A stretch of DNA of 64,000 nucleotides from an uncultured Gammaproteobacteria bacterium (GCA_964596525.1 CAZQUL010000001.1:12830-76829), one strand, 5' to 3'. Counted from the stretch's first letter, positions 9,395-18,808 are shown. Numbers and translations: made by a program. The notes: generated from the letters alone by a model not told the origin.

Positions 9395-9865
9395 ATGACG
9401 ACCACCGGATCAACACCGCAGACCCCCTCCCTGGCCGATGAAGTTCGGAACACGAAGCCGGAGATCATCGACATACACAAGCTTGAAGAATGCCATCGTG
9501 ACGACGATGACGACGAATTTACGCTGGATAACGTCATAAATAGTTCGCATGTGCAGGACTGCTTCGCCTGCCTCACCAAGCTCCAGCACATGATCCAGGC
9601 GCATCGAGCCAAGCTTGTCGTTAAAGACTTGGTCCGCCGCGCGAAGCGTGTTCGGGCGGCGGGCATCAACCACATCTGCTCGCTAAAGGCGGCTCGCTTC
9701 TCGAGCGATGACATCGAGTATCACGGGGTGGAAGACTGCGCCACACCCTCAATCCACATGAAGGATGGCTCGCTCATGGAATCAACGGCCAAGGCCCTGC
9801 GTGCCGCTGGATTCACCGTCACCCACGACCAGAACGACCCCAGCAACCTCATCGCCTCCTGGTAG
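9395..9865 (+). CDS. hypothetical acidic protein
   Basis: Start at MTTTGS, preceded by AGGAGAG. Contains a poly-Asp stretch; no known motif. Confidence 0.45.
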   Translation: MTTTGSTPQTPSLADEVRNTKPEIIDIHKLEECHRDDDDDEFTLDNVINSSHVQDCFACLTKLQHMIQAHRAKLVVKDLVRRAKRVRAAGINHICSLKAARFSSDDIEYHGVEDCATPSIHMKDGSLMESTAKALRAAGFTVTHDQNDPSNLIASW

Positions 9866-9885
9866 CACCACTCCTTCTCCTCCAA

Positions 9886-9917
9886 CCCCTCGTCCTTGAA
9901 CGAGGGGTTTGCAATTT
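9886..9917. terminator. bidirectional terminator between convergent genes
   Basis: Stem cccctcg/cgagggg with an 8-nt loop, flanked by A- and T-rich tracts. Confidence 0.65.
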
Positions 9918-9933
9918 AAATCGTTTTAAAAAA

Positions 9934-10542
9934 TTATTCCTTACCTGATACAGTTGCATCTTTCTCATTAACCAACCACTCTCCCAGCTGCGTAAAATGA
10001 TTATGTTCCGCAAAATAATCGAGCAGGTTTTTAAATTCATCATCAGGCATATCACTCAGCGCATACGCATTTGTTGTCATAAACTTAGGAATATACAACC
10101 GCCAGTAGTCGGACATGAGCGGACGTTTAATTTCGCGCGGCTCAAGAGCTAGTTCACCTGCTTCAACAAGCGTAAAAACCCGGCACTCGCCCGGCCCTGT
10201 GGCGTACGCGACGCTTCGCCGCCATGAACACGAACGATCAGAAGCGCCTTCCATCATCTTAAGGATATTTTCGATACCAAGCGTTTTGAGCGAGAATTTT
10301 ACGTGCGTCATCGGAAACCCGCCGAGCGCATGGATGAAAAATCCGGAATCTTCGACTATAACCGGCTCGTTGCACAGCTTAAACGCCTGCATCGCTTTTT
10401 CGCGGGCGATATCGGCCGGATCTTCAGCCCGACTCTCAACCAAATCAGCATCCCATTGTTCAACGGAAATGCCGAATTTTAACAGTGCTTTGTGCGCCTG
10501 CTCGACTTTGCTTGTATTGGAAGTGACGAAGCGTAGTAGCAT
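9934..10542 (-). CDS. non-canonical purine NTP pyrophosphatase (HAM1/RdgB family)-like
   Basis: N-terminal VTSNTSKVEQ (ATxNxxKxxE-like) and VIVEDSGFFIHALGGFPMTHVKF (EDSGLxxxALxGxPG-like). Confidence 0.55.
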   Translation of the reverse strand: MLLRFVTSNTSKVEQAHKALLKFGISVEQWDADLVESRAEDPADIAREKAMQAFKLCNEPVIVEDSGFFIHALGGFPMTHVKFSLKTLGIENILKMMEGASDRSCSWRRSVAYATGPGECRVFTLVEAGELALEPREIKRPLMSDYWRLYIPKFMTTNAYALSDMPDDEFKNLLDYFAEHNHFTQLGEWLVNEKDATVSGKE

Positions 10543-10616
10543 ACAATATTGACGTTAGTTTATTCTTCTGATACACAACGAACGGTTCTCTCAAACGGTA
10601 TGAAAAGGAGCTCTTC

Positions 10617-11600
10617 ATGACTTACGACCTCGTTATTGTCGGCGGCGGCCCAGCCGGGCTTTCGGCCGCGATCACCGCCGCTTCCGATGGGTTGCGTACC
10701 GCCATTATTGATTCCAAGCAGGGCTGGGGCGGTCAGGCCAAAGAAAGCTCGTTCATCGAAAACTACCCGGGATTTCCACTCGGAGTGAACGGTGGTGAGC
10801 TGATCAGCAAGTTCGTTGCCCAGGCCGGAAAATTCGGCGTCGAGATGCATTGTCCGGTCAAAGTCGTCGGTCTACGGCGCGACGGCGACCGCATCATACT
10901 GACAACGCCAAGTGGGGCACTCGAAACCCGCACGGTCATTCTGGCCGTTGGCCTATCGTATATTCGGCTCGAAGCGCAGAATATCGGCCAGTTTGTCGGT
11001 CGCGGAGTGTGGTATTACAGCACCTTAACCGTTTTGCCGCACGGCCACAATCCATCATATTTCGTCATTGGCGGCGGCAATTCCGCCGGGCAAGCTGCCT
11101 TGCATCTGGCAAAAAATCCGTTCGCAACCGTGAACCTCACGGTGCGTGGATCCACGCTTGACGGCATGTCCGAATACCTGCGGCTCAAAATCGCCGCTGA
11201 AAAAAACATTCGCGTGCGCCTCGCCACCGAGATCATCAAAGTGTGCGGGCACGACGGACTAGAAGAAGTAACTCTCAAAGAGCGGGATAAAACCGAGTCA
11301 TACCAGGAACCCGCGAATGGCGTGTACATCTTTATCGGCGCACAACCCAAGACGTATTGGCTGCGTGAAACCCTCACTCTCGACCGGCGCGGCTATATTG
11401 TTACCGGCTCGGACCTGCGTGATTTGAGCGCGGGAGAGGGGCGTCCACCGCTTGATTTTGAAACGAGCATGTCCGGAGTATTCGCTGCCGGTGACGTACG
11501 CTCAGGTGCAACGAAACGAGTCGTTTCCGCCTGCGGTGCAGGAACGATCGCGGTCCAGATGGTCCGCCGCTATCTAGCCGAAAAAAATTCGGGAATCTAA
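10617..11600 (+). CDS. thioredoxin-reductase-like FAD-dependent oxidoreductase, probably ferredoxin-NADP reductase type
   Basis: DLVIVGGGPAGLSAA FAD-binding site, a second dinucleotide-binding GGGNSAG, and C-terminal GVFAAGDV. There is no CxxC redox centre at the TrxB position. Confidence 0.75.
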   Translation: MTYDLVIVGGGPAGLSAAITAASDGLRTAIIDSKQGWGGQAKESSFIENYPGFPLGVNGGELISKFVAQAGKFGVEMHCPVKVVGLRRDGDRIILTTPSGALETRTVILAVGLSYIRLEAQNIGQFVGRGVWYYSTLTVLPHGHNPSYFVIGGGNSAGQAALHLAKNPFATVNLTVRGSTLDGMSEYLRLKIAAEKNIRVRLATEIIKVCGHDGLEEVTLKERDKTESYQEPANGVYIFIGAQPKTYWLRETLTLDRRGYIVTGSDLRDLSAGEGRPPLDFETSMSGVFAAGDVRSGATKRVVSACGAGTIAVQMVRRYLAEKNSGI

Positions 11601-11649
11601 CCAACCGCAAACAACAGTACCGACGAGATGATCGCCGGTATTTTATTAA

Positions 11650-12291
11650 TCACATTCTTTTTTTGGCAATAAGAGTTTTCAGACGCCCCACCACAGCCGC
11701 ACATTTCTCTTCCACTGTTTCTTTAAGATCCACGTGCCAGTGCCGCGGATGCTGGCGCCACAGCATCGATGTTTTTTGAGCCAACTCCAGAGCTTCTTGA
11801 ATATTTTCACTCAGGTGCAGACTGCTTTTTTGATCGCGGGCATAGAGCTCTGGCACGGTAGCGACGGTTGCCAGTTCGATCACCACGTCGTAACGCCGAT
11901 ACACATCCTCAGGTGTCAGCTTGTAGCGTTCTTTGAATTCTTCCAATCCCCCATGCAGATACGCAGCAGTATCGAGCATCCCGCGATCGCATACGACGAT
12001 CGGCACGCGTGTCCGACGAGCACGGGCGCGCGCGGCTGCTTCAAGTCTCATCTGCCGGGCAATGATAGCATCCTGGAACGCCCAAAGCCGCTTATTCGTT
12101 CCGTCAGGCCGCGGAAATCCATGGTGCAACAAAAAACTTGCCGCCTCGCGTACGATGATCACGTCGCGAGCCGAAAACGCACGGCGTACGGCTTTAAGAA
12201 CGCTGCTTTTTCCGCTTGCCGGACCACCGATAAGCGAAACGACGAATGGTTCAAACGTTTTATTAGAAGTTCGTTTTGACGGCATACGCAC
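11650..12291 (-). CDS. P-loop NTPase (AAA-domain) protein
   Basis: Walker A LIGGPASGKSS. Confidence 0.6.
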   Translation of the reverse strand: MRMPSKRTSNKTFEPFVVSLIGGPASGKSSVLKAVRRAFSARDVIIVREAASFLLHHGFPRPDGTNKRLWAFQDAIIARQMRLEAAARARARRTRVPIVVCDRGMLDTAAYLHGGLEEFKERYKLTPEDVYRRYDVVIELATVATVPELYARDQKSSLHLSENIQEALELAQKTSMLWRQHPRHWHVDLKETVEEKCAAVVGRLKTLIAKKRM

Positions 12292-12343
12292 AACTCACAT
12301 GCTCGAGTTTAAAGGATAAATGCACTATACACAAAAGAAGAGC

Positions 12344-14638
12344 CTAGAATGGCTCTTCTCCGGGGAAGGGTTTAGGTTGGAAGGCATCGGGCGCAGGATT
12401 CATCGGGCGACGGGGCGGGCCATTGTGGTCGCGGCGACCACCACCGAAACCGCCAGATCGATCATTGCCGCCGCGACGCGGACCACGATCAAATCCACCA
12501 GACGGAGGCTGGTAGCCTTCAGGTTTGGGCAACAATGCTTTCATACTGAGATTAACGCGGCCGAGATTGTCGATTTCCTTAACAAGCACTTTTACTTTAT
12601 CGCCGATTTTGAGAACATCACTCGGCTTGTTGGTACGGGCCCAGGCAATCTCACTCACATGCACCAGACCGTCTTTGCCGGGAAGCACCTGCACAAAAGC
12701 GCCAAAGTCTTCGAGACGGACAACCGTGCCTTCAAAGGTTTCACCGGGCATGACTTCGCGGACAATGTCTTTGATCCAATTGACCGCTTTTTCCATACCG
12801 ACAGCATCGGTCGACGTAACGTTCACACGACCGTCATCTTCGATGTCGATCGAGACACCGGTTTCGGCGATGATCTTGTTGATCATCTTGCCACCCGGAC
12901 CGATGACTTCGCGGATCTTGTCCGGATCGATCATAATGGTGACGATGCGCGGTGCATACGGGGAGAGTTCGCTCCGGTGCGTCGGCAGGGTGCTTGTCAT
13001 CGCGCTAAGAATCTGAAGGCGCGCGTCGTACGCCGAGCGAAGCGTTTCATTGACGATATCCCACGACAAACCGAGAGTTTTGGTGTCCATCTGGATGGCA
13101 GTAATGCCGTCTTTCGTACCGGCGATCTTGAAATCCATACCGCCCGGCCCGTCTTCGATGTCTTGTAAGTCAGTAATGACGACCGCACGACCAGAGCCAT
13201 TACTCGCGAGACCCATCGCAATACCCGCAACCGGTTTCTTGATCGGTACCCCAGCATCCATAAGCGCAAGAGACGATCCGCAGGTCGAGGCCATCGAGCT
13301 TGAACCGTTCGAGCCTAGCACCTCGGATACGACGCGGATGGCGTACGGAAAATCGGTTTCGGGCGGAAGCACAGGTTCAAGAGCGCGCTCAGCCAAGGCA
13401 CCGTGGCCGATAGCCCGGTTGCCTGGACCACGCAAGGGGCCGGTCTCGCCGTAGGTTGCTGGCGTGTCATTGTAGTGGTGCATGTAACGCTTAGTACCTT
13501 CTTCTTCCATGGTATCGAGCGTTTGCACGTCGCCGGGCGCGCCGAGCGTCACAACGGAAAGTACCTGTGTATCACCACGCATGAAGATAGCTGAACCGTG
13601 CGTGCGCGGCAAAAGCGCGACCTGTGTATCCAAAGCACGGATCTCTTTAACACCGCGGCCATCGAGACGCTGTCCGCCGCTGAGAAGCCGCTCTGTAATA
13701 TACTTTTCGAGGTAAATTTTCACTTTGCCCAAGATGATTTTTTGGGCTGAATCGCTCGCCTCTTTGGCTGCCAAAAGCTCGGCGATCGCGGTTTTGAATT
13801 TGTCGACCATGGCAACTCGTTCGAGTTTGCCTTTTTTAGGCGCATCAAACATCCAATCGTCCACATGGCTGGCAACGAAAGCGTCTACCTCTTGCTCCAA
13901 AGCACGCAACGTTGCCTCGCTTTCACTGAGCTCGTGATCAAGATTCATTTTCGGCCGACCTACTTCGCGCTGGATTGTAGTGATCAGTTCGATAACCGGA
14001 GCCATAGCTCGAGCGCCGAACTGCATGGCTTTAAGCATTTCTTCTTCCGGCACTTCACGCGCACCGGCTTCCACCATGACGAGCTTGTCAGGTGTACCAG
14101 CGATCACCAAATCCAAATCGCTCGTTTCGCGTTCGGCAATGGTTGGGTTGATTTTCCACACACCATCAACACGTCCAACGCGTACGCCGGCCATCGGACC
14201 ATTCCACGGCGCTGGAGAAAGACTCGCAACAAGCGCGGCGGCTATAAGGGCCGGCACCTGCGAATCGTTTTCATTATCAAATGACAAAGCGGTGAGAATC
14301 ACCTGTACATCGTTGCGCAACCGCTGATCGAACAGCGGACGGATAGCACGGTCGACAAGGCGACCAGAAAGGACCGCTTCATCGGTAGGGCGGCCTTCGC
14401 GCTTAATGAAACGACTGCCTTTGATTTTACCGGCAGCGTACAGCTTTTCCTCGAAGTTCACCATGAGCGGAAAGAAATCGAGGCCTTCGCGGACGGTGGA
14501 ACTAACGATAAGCGTAGCTAAAATAACGGTATCGCCATAGCGTACCGTACACGAAGCATGCGCGTTGAGCGCCAGGCGCCCGATTTCTACCGTGAGCGTG
14601 CGGCCAGCCCATTCAATAGACCATTGACGCGGAGTCAT
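12344..14638 (-). CDS. pnp: polyribonucleotide nucleotidyltransferase (PNPase) with Gly/Arg-rich C-terminal tail
   Basis: Two RNase PH domains plus KH and S1 domains, collinear with rpsO upstream. The tail reads GGFDRGPRRGGNDRSGGFGGGRRD. Confidence 0.95.
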   Translation of the reverse strand: MTPRQWSIEWAGRTLTVEIGRLALNAHASCTVRYGDTVILATLIVSSTVREGLDFFPLMVNFEEKLYAAGKIKGSRFIKREGRPTDEAVLSGRLVDRAIRPLFDQRLRNDVQVILTALSFDNENDSQVPALIAAALVASLSPAPWNGPMAGVRVGRVDGVWKINPTIAERETSDLDLVIAGTPDKLVMVEAGAREVPEEEMLKAMQFGARAMAPVIELITTIQREVGRPKMNLDHELSESEATLRALEQEVDAFVASHVDDWMFDAPKKGKLERVAMVDKFKTAIAELLAAKEASDSAQKIILGKVKIYLEKYITERLLSGGQRLDGRGVKEIRALDTQVALLPRTHGSAIFMRGDTQVLSVVTLGAPGDVQTLDTMEEEGTKRYMHHYNDTPATYGETGPLRGPGNRAIGHGALAERALEPVLPPETDFPYAIRVVSEVLGSNGSSSMASTCGSSLALMDAGVPIKKPVAGIAMGLASNGSGRAVVITDLQDIEDGPGGMDFKIAGTKDGITAIQMDTKTLGLSWDIVNETLRSAYDARLQILSAMTSTLPTHRSELSPYAPRIVTIMIDPDKIREVIGPGGKMINKIIAETGVSIDIEDDGRVNVTSTDAVGMEKAVNWIKDIVREVMPGETFEGTVVRLEDFGAFVQVLPGKDGLVHVSEIAWARTNKPSDVLKIGDKVKVLVKEIDNLGRVNLSMKALLPKPEGYQPPSGGFDRGPRRGGNDRSGGFGGGRRDHNGPPRRPMNPAPDAFQPKPFPGEEPF

Positions 14639-14770
14639 ACAAAAAAGATTATGGTTGGCCCGCAGACCGGAGACCTACGTAGGAGGTCTGTGCGTGTGCG
14701 GACCAGCCGGAATAAAGTTACTATGCTAACCTTGTCACCTGCTTCCCCAGCCAGATGACAAGGTAACAAA

Positions 14771-15364
14771 CTAACTCAGGGTAGCACCTGCAGTTTTAGC
14801 ATTGTCGTTTTTTGGCCACGGACGGCGTTTGATGGGACGCTGCGGAATGAGGAACTTCGCTTTGTCCAAGCTTAAATCGGTAAAGTCGTCTGACGCTTCG
14901 AGCAGTTTGCCGCTCGTCGTATTACCAAAGGCCATTACTTCCACCTGCTTACCTTGATTGCGCAGATACTCAATAAGCGGCACGTAGTCACCATCACCGC
15001 TGACGAGCACGATCGCGTCAAGGCTCGGCGCCAAGCGGATGGCATCAACAGCAATACCCACGTCCCAATCGGCTTTTTTCTCCCCACCATAAAAGATCTG
15101 GAGCGGCTTGTCTTTGGTTTCGATGCCTTGATTATAGAGCGCATCGAAAAATGGCTGCTCTTCTTTGCTTTCCGTGGAAACTACGTAGGCAATGGCGCGG
15201 ATGAGCTTGCGGCCAGCCGTGGCTTCTTCTACGATGCGGCCGAAATTGACTTTAGCGCCAAAAAGGTTCTTGGCGCTATAGTACATATTCTGAACATCGA
15301 TAAACACCCCGACGCGCTGATCGGGGTGTTTAAGCGGATGATTTTTATCGTTAATGTGCGGCAT
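14771..15364 (-). CDS. NYN-domain (LabA-like) predicted RNase
   Basis: GVFIDVQNMYY and LVSGDGDYVPLI NYN signatures. Confidence 0.7.
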   Translation of the reverse strand: MPHINDKNHPLKHPDQRVGVFIDVQNMYYSAKNLFGAKVNFGRIVEEATAGRKLIRAIAYVVSTESKEEQPFFDALYNQGIETKDKPLQIFYGGEKKADWDVGIAVDAIRLAPSLDAIVLVSGDGDYVPLIEYLRNQGKQVEVMAFGNTTSGKLLEASDDFTDLSLDKAKFLIPQRPIKRRPWPKNDNAKTAGATLS

Positions 15365-15378
15365 GACGGATTGAAGTA

Positions 15379-15744
15379 CTAGGCGGCGGCTTCAGCCTCT
15401 TTGAGGTTCGGTTCTTCGGCTTCTTCTTCAAGGAGGGCAGCTTCGTCATTGGCAGCACCCGGTTTCTTAACGGTGCGCGCCTGTTTGATTTTGAGTTTTT
15501 TCATGAGCTTTTCGAAGCTCTCGTTGTTTTCCTTCTTGAGATACTGCATGAGATGGCGGCGGCCAGAGACTTTGCGCAAGAGACCGCGACGCGAGGAATG
15601 GTCTTTGGGATGCGTCTTAAGGTGCTCGATCAGCTCTTCGATTTCAGCGGTAAGGATGGCGATCTGGACTTCACTTGAGCCCGTATCACCCTTGTGGGTC
15701 TGGTATTTCTTGATAACTTGCGCTTTCTTTTGGGGGTCTAACAT
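15379..15744 (-). CDS. rpsO: 30S ribosomal protein S15 with Ala/Glu-rich C-terminal extension
   Basis: S15 core EVQIAILTAEIEELIEHLKTHPKDHSSRRGLLRKVSGRRHLMQYL. Lies immediately upstream of pnp. Confidence 0.9.
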   Translation of the reverse strand: MLDPQKKAQVIKKYQTHKGDTGSSEVQIAILTAEIEELIEHLKTHPKDHSSRRGLLRKVSGRRHLMQYLKKENNESFEKLMKKLKIKQARTVKKPGAANDEAALLEEEAEEPNLKEAEAAA

Positions 15745-15834
15745 ACCTGAATGATGATGATTAAGTTGCGAGCGCTCAAAGGGTATGTGCCTCTGAGGTT
15801 CGTCCCGGAGTCCGGGAAATTAAGGCTCCTTCAG

Positions 15835-15861
15835 CTTATAAGGTAGTTACTCACTTGTCAA
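15835..15861 (-). promoter_or_regulatory. sigma70-like promoter for rpsO-pnp (TTGACA-15-TATAAG)
   Basis: Read on the minus strand: ttgacaagtgagtaactaccttataag. A palindrome tcccggagtccggga lies in the leader. Confidence 0.5.
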
Positions 15862-15890
15862 GCGAAAAGGTGTTTCTTGGCCAATTTTGG

Positions 15891-16637
15891 CTAAGAACCG
15901 CCACAGGTTTTAGTATTCATGCCGCAGGTATTACCGTTGACGCAATCGCTATTCGTCGTGCATTTGCGACCCGCACCGCAGGGGCTGCAGACCGTTCCAC
16001 CGCAGTCAGTGTCGCTTTCCAGACCATCTTTTACGCCGTTCGTACAGCTTGAACCGCCCGGCATACAAGAACCGTTCTGGCAGTTGTTTGAAACGCAGTC
16101 TTTGTTCTGGGTGCAGACACGGCCGTCTTTGCAGGCATCGCAGGACCCACCGCAATCGGTGTCGGTTTCGGTACCATCGCGGAGCTTATTGTAACAAGAT
16201 TGCGCGAGCTGGGAACGCGGACCGGTCGTGTTAGCGTCGAGGAGTTCTTGGTTAGGGTCAGTGGGCGGGCGTACCTGCAGACGGTTGATGATAAAGGTGG
16301 AAATGCCGTAGGCACTCAATACTACCACCAAACCAATGACGGACGCGCTCAAAATGGATTTGGCTTTTTCGATATATTCTTCGCGACCGTTGGCTGTCAT
16401 CCAACGCACGCCAGCAAAGAGTACGAGTCCAAAAAAGATGATGCTGAGCGAACCGAGAATGATATTGACGACGGCGCCGATGAGCCCGTAAATATCCTGG
16501 TTTTGATTGTAACCGCTTAACCGAGCGGTATCCTTGAGGCCATAACTCTGTGCGGCCACGTCGGTTACGACACCACTTACTATCAAAAGAGCGAGCAGTC
16601 CGCCTATCAAGCTATAACGCACAAAGCGTGTACGCAT
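15891..16637 (-). CDS. VirB2/TrbC-like pilin-family membrane protein with C-terminal Cys-rich tandem repeats
   Basis: Signal peptide MRTRFVRYSLIGG...AAQ and the family motif FAGVRWMTANGREEYIEKAKSILSASVIGLVVVLSAYGI. The C-terminus carries two copies of E[ST]DTDCGG...C...C...C repeats. Confidence 0.65.
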   Translation of the reverse strand: MRTRFVRYSLIGGLLALLIVSGVVTDVAAQSYGLKDTARLSGYNQNQDIYGLIGAVVNIILGSLSIIFFGLVLFAGVRWMTANGREEYIEKAKSILSASVIGLVVVLSAYGISTFIINRLQVRPPTDPNQELLDANTTGPRSQLAQSCYNKLRDGTETDTDCGGSCDACKDGRVCTQNKDCVSNNCQNGSCMPGGSSCTNGVKDGLESDTDCGGTVCSPCGAGRKCTTNSDCVNGNTCGMNTKTCGGS

Positions 16638-16705
16638 ACAATATAAATCTCGAAAGAAACGAGGCCCGAACGCGGTCGCGGGGGCGTACATAGCATAGCA
16701 CAATC

Positions 16706-16734
16706 TTGCTTCTGAGGTAAAAAATAGCTATAGT
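16706..16734 (+). promoter_or_regulatory. promoter for tRNA-Arg (TTGCTT-17-TATAGT)
   Basis: Spacing and hexamers match; ends about 13 nt before the tRNA 5' end. Confidence 0.5.
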
Positions 16735-16747
16735 GGGAGCGATCTTC

Positions 16748-16819
16748 GGTCCCGTAGTTCAATGGATAGAACGAGAGCCTTCTAAGCTCTAGACCTAGGT
16801 TCGATTCCTAGCGGGACTA
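16748..16819 (+). tRNA. tRNA-Arg (anticodon UCU)
   Basis: Hand-folded. Acceptor GGTCCCG/CGGGACT, anticodon stem AGAGC/GCTCT with loop CUUCUAA, T-arm CTAGG-TTCGATT-CCTAG. Confidence 0.8.
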
Positions 16820-16886
16820 CATAAACAAAGCGTGGGTTCTTAGCAAACAATCCACCAAAAATAATCATCGATTTTTGATAGATTCC

Positions 16887-16914
16887 TTGACAAAAAGGAT
16901 TTTTTTGGTATACT
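16887..16914 (+). promoter_or_regulatory. promoter (TTGACA-16-TATACT) for 16962..17567
   Basis: Near-consensus hexamers downstream of tRNA-Arg. Confidence 0.55.
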
Positions 16915-16961
16915 GAGCGGTCCGACTGACCCCAGACAATTACCGGAAAGGAGGCTTGACT

Positions 16962-17567
16962 ATGAGCATGGAAATGATGATGGGACCACGGCTCGAACAG
17001 CACCAGACGCAGGAGCAGAAGGAAGTACAGCGAATGGAGATGCGGATGCATCTAGCCCAGATCCTGCGCGGCGAGCAGATCAATCCCGAAGCGATCTGTC
17101 CGCAATGCAACCACCGCCTCACGCCAGAGGAGATACTCGCCGGATTCACGCGCGACCCGAACGATTTTACAACGCAATGCCCTCAGACGGACTGCAAACG
17201 ACGCTTCGAAGCCCAGCTCGTTTGGGCGCGCGGAGCCGGTACGCGGGCCGAAGTGACGTTTCTGTGCCCCTCTCAAGCACTCGAACAGCTTAAGGGCCGC
17301 GATCAGCTTTCTCCCGAAACGATCATGCAGAATCACGGACAGGTATACCGCTCCGCCCTCGTGCACTTCGGGTCGCTTAAGGCGGCGTTCAAGGAGAACG
17401 GCGTCGACTATCTCTTCGATGAAATCGACGGGTGGAAGAGCAAAATCGAGCCGTTCCTCGGCTCGATGCCTGACACGATTATCGCCGAGTGCTGCGGTGT
17501 ATCGGTCGACCGTATCCGTCGGCTGCGCACCAAACTGTGCATCCGACCGTTCAATTTCAGATCCTAA
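16962..17567 (+). CDS. hypothetical zinc-ribbon protein
   Basis: ATG sits 7 nt after GGAAAGGAGG. Contains CPQC...CPQTDC Cys pairs. Confidence 0.5.
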   Translation: MSMEMMMGPRLEQHQTQEQKEVQRMEMRMHLAQILRGEQINPEAICPQCNHRLTPEEILAGFTRDPNDFTTQCPQTDCKRRFEAQLVWARGAGTRAEVTFLCPSQALEQLKGRDQLSPETIMQNHGQVYRSALVHFGSLKAAFKENGVDYLFDEIDGWKSKIEPFLGSMPDTIIAECCGVSVDRIRRLRTKLCIRPFNFRS

Positions 17568-17621
17568 GGACACCCTCTCTACCCTGGCTTTTGGCCGGGG
17601 TTTAAAAAGCTCATTTTTCCC

Positions 17622-17650
17622 TTGACGAAAGAAAAAAAGCTCGTTACAAT
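17622..17650 (+). promoter_or_regulatory. promoter for tRNA-His (TTGACG-17-TACAAT)
   Basis: Ends about 16 nt upstream of the tRNA. Confidence 0.55.
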
Positions 17651-17666
17651 GGCACCTGATATATGT

Positions 17667-17739
17667 GGTGGCCATGGTATAATGGTTATTACGCGAGATT
17701 GTGGCTCTCGCAATACGGGTTCGATTCCCGTTGGTCACC
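17667..17739 (+). tRNA. tRNA-His (anticodon GUG) with encoded G-1
   Basis: Extra 5' G pairs with discriminator C. Acceptor GTGGCCA/TGGTCAC, anticodon stem CGAGA/TCTCG with loop UUGUGGC. Confidence 0.8.
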
Positions 17740-17911
17740 CCTACGAAAGGAAAACCATGCCGAAATATGGCATGGTTTTCTGATTATCGGCGTTTTTTCT
17801 CCTATTACCAGTTGACAAAAACTAATTTTTTGGTTACTATCACACGTTACTAACCGCGCCTGAACTGTGCGGGATATGCTCTGTTTAGAACCCACAACCA
17901 CGAGGTGCCGT

Positions 17912-18226
17912 ATGAGCGATGTGCAGCTTGACTACGAATTCGACTCCCGCAACCCCCGCAACATCGGCCTGAGCATCTTTGAGAATAATCACTACGACAA
18001 TAGTCTGAAGACGATGACTGAGCTCGCCGAGAGACTCAAGGCGCTCGTGTCCTTCCCCCACGTTATTGATATCGAGCCACGAATCCGGGTACTGAGTGGT
18101 CCGCGGCATAAAGGCAGGTACGGCATCTTGATGTGGATCACCCTCACGGATATTTCTGCTGAGGAAGCCCGGACGGCTCTCCAAGCGAAAGGCTTCAACA
18201 AGGGCCTACCACCCTGCATCTTCTAA
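17912..18226 (+). CDS. hypothetical protein
   Basis: Start at MSDVQ, preceded by CGAGGTG. Confidence 0.4.
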   Translation: MSDVQLDYEFDSRNPRNIGLSIFENNHYDNSLKTMTELAERLKALVSFPHVIDIEPRIRVLSGPRHKGRYGILMWITLTDISAEEARTALQAKGFNKGLPPCIF

Positions 18227-18283
18227 AGAGCCTCTCTCTCACCACCGAGCGCTCACGAGCACACACCGCCCCTCCGGGCGGTT

Positions 18284-18706
18284 TTATGATTGCGGACGGA
18301 TCTCAAACGCTTCATGCACCGCTTCGATCATTTTAGTATACAGAGGTTCATGGAGGAAATTTCCTGGCACATGCAAGCATTCGCGATCCGGAAACACCCG
18401 CTTGAACTCATCGCGTACGCGGTTTTTTATTTCTTCGGGCGCTACGGTGATAAGCTCAGCACAACCGGCCGATTCCCAGATCGTACGGGTTTTATGCGCA
18501 CCGGAACGGAGATGTTCTTGGGTTTCATGTTCCCACTCTTGCGTATTGTTGACAGACTGCCAACGGGATTCATGGTCACTATAGCGCGCTTTAGGATGGA
18601 CTTCGGTATTGAGGCGCGTATAAGAATTTTTTCCATCGACGCGAAACCAGGCGGACTCGTGGGTGTTGGTAGCCCATACTAAGATGGGATAACTTAGCGG
18701 TTTCAT
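18284..18706 (-). CDS. hypothetical protein
   Basis: 140-aa ORF; no motif recognised. Confidence 0.45.
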   Translation of the reverse strand: MKPLSYPILVWATNTHESAWFRVDGKNSYTRLNTEVHPKARYSDHESRWQSVNNTQEWEHETQEHLRSGAHKTRTIWESAGCAELITVAPEEIKNRVRDEFKRVFPDRECLHVPGNFLHEPLYTKMIEAVHEAFEIRPQS

Positions 18707-18782
18707 AGGCGTAGAATTAAGACTTATAGAGGTACGATACCACTTTGGACAAATGATGCAGAGCGCGGGTGAGGATTTTTAA

Positions 18783-18808
18783 ACCAAAAGCAGACCGTGA
18801 GGTCCGCT
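18783..18808 (-). terminator. terminator for 18827..19495
   Basis: Minus-strand hairpin agcggacc-tcac-ggtctgct followed by a U-run. Confidence 0.55.

Noticed and set aside
12320-13168. 282-aa + ORF and other long ORFs inside pnp
   Set aside because: Antisense to a well-supported PNPase gene; typical shadow ORFs.
16782-17738. minus-strand ORFs 16782..17051 and 17052..17738
   Set aside because: Overlap tRNA-Arg, tRNA-His and the + strand zinc-ribbon gene; no independent support.
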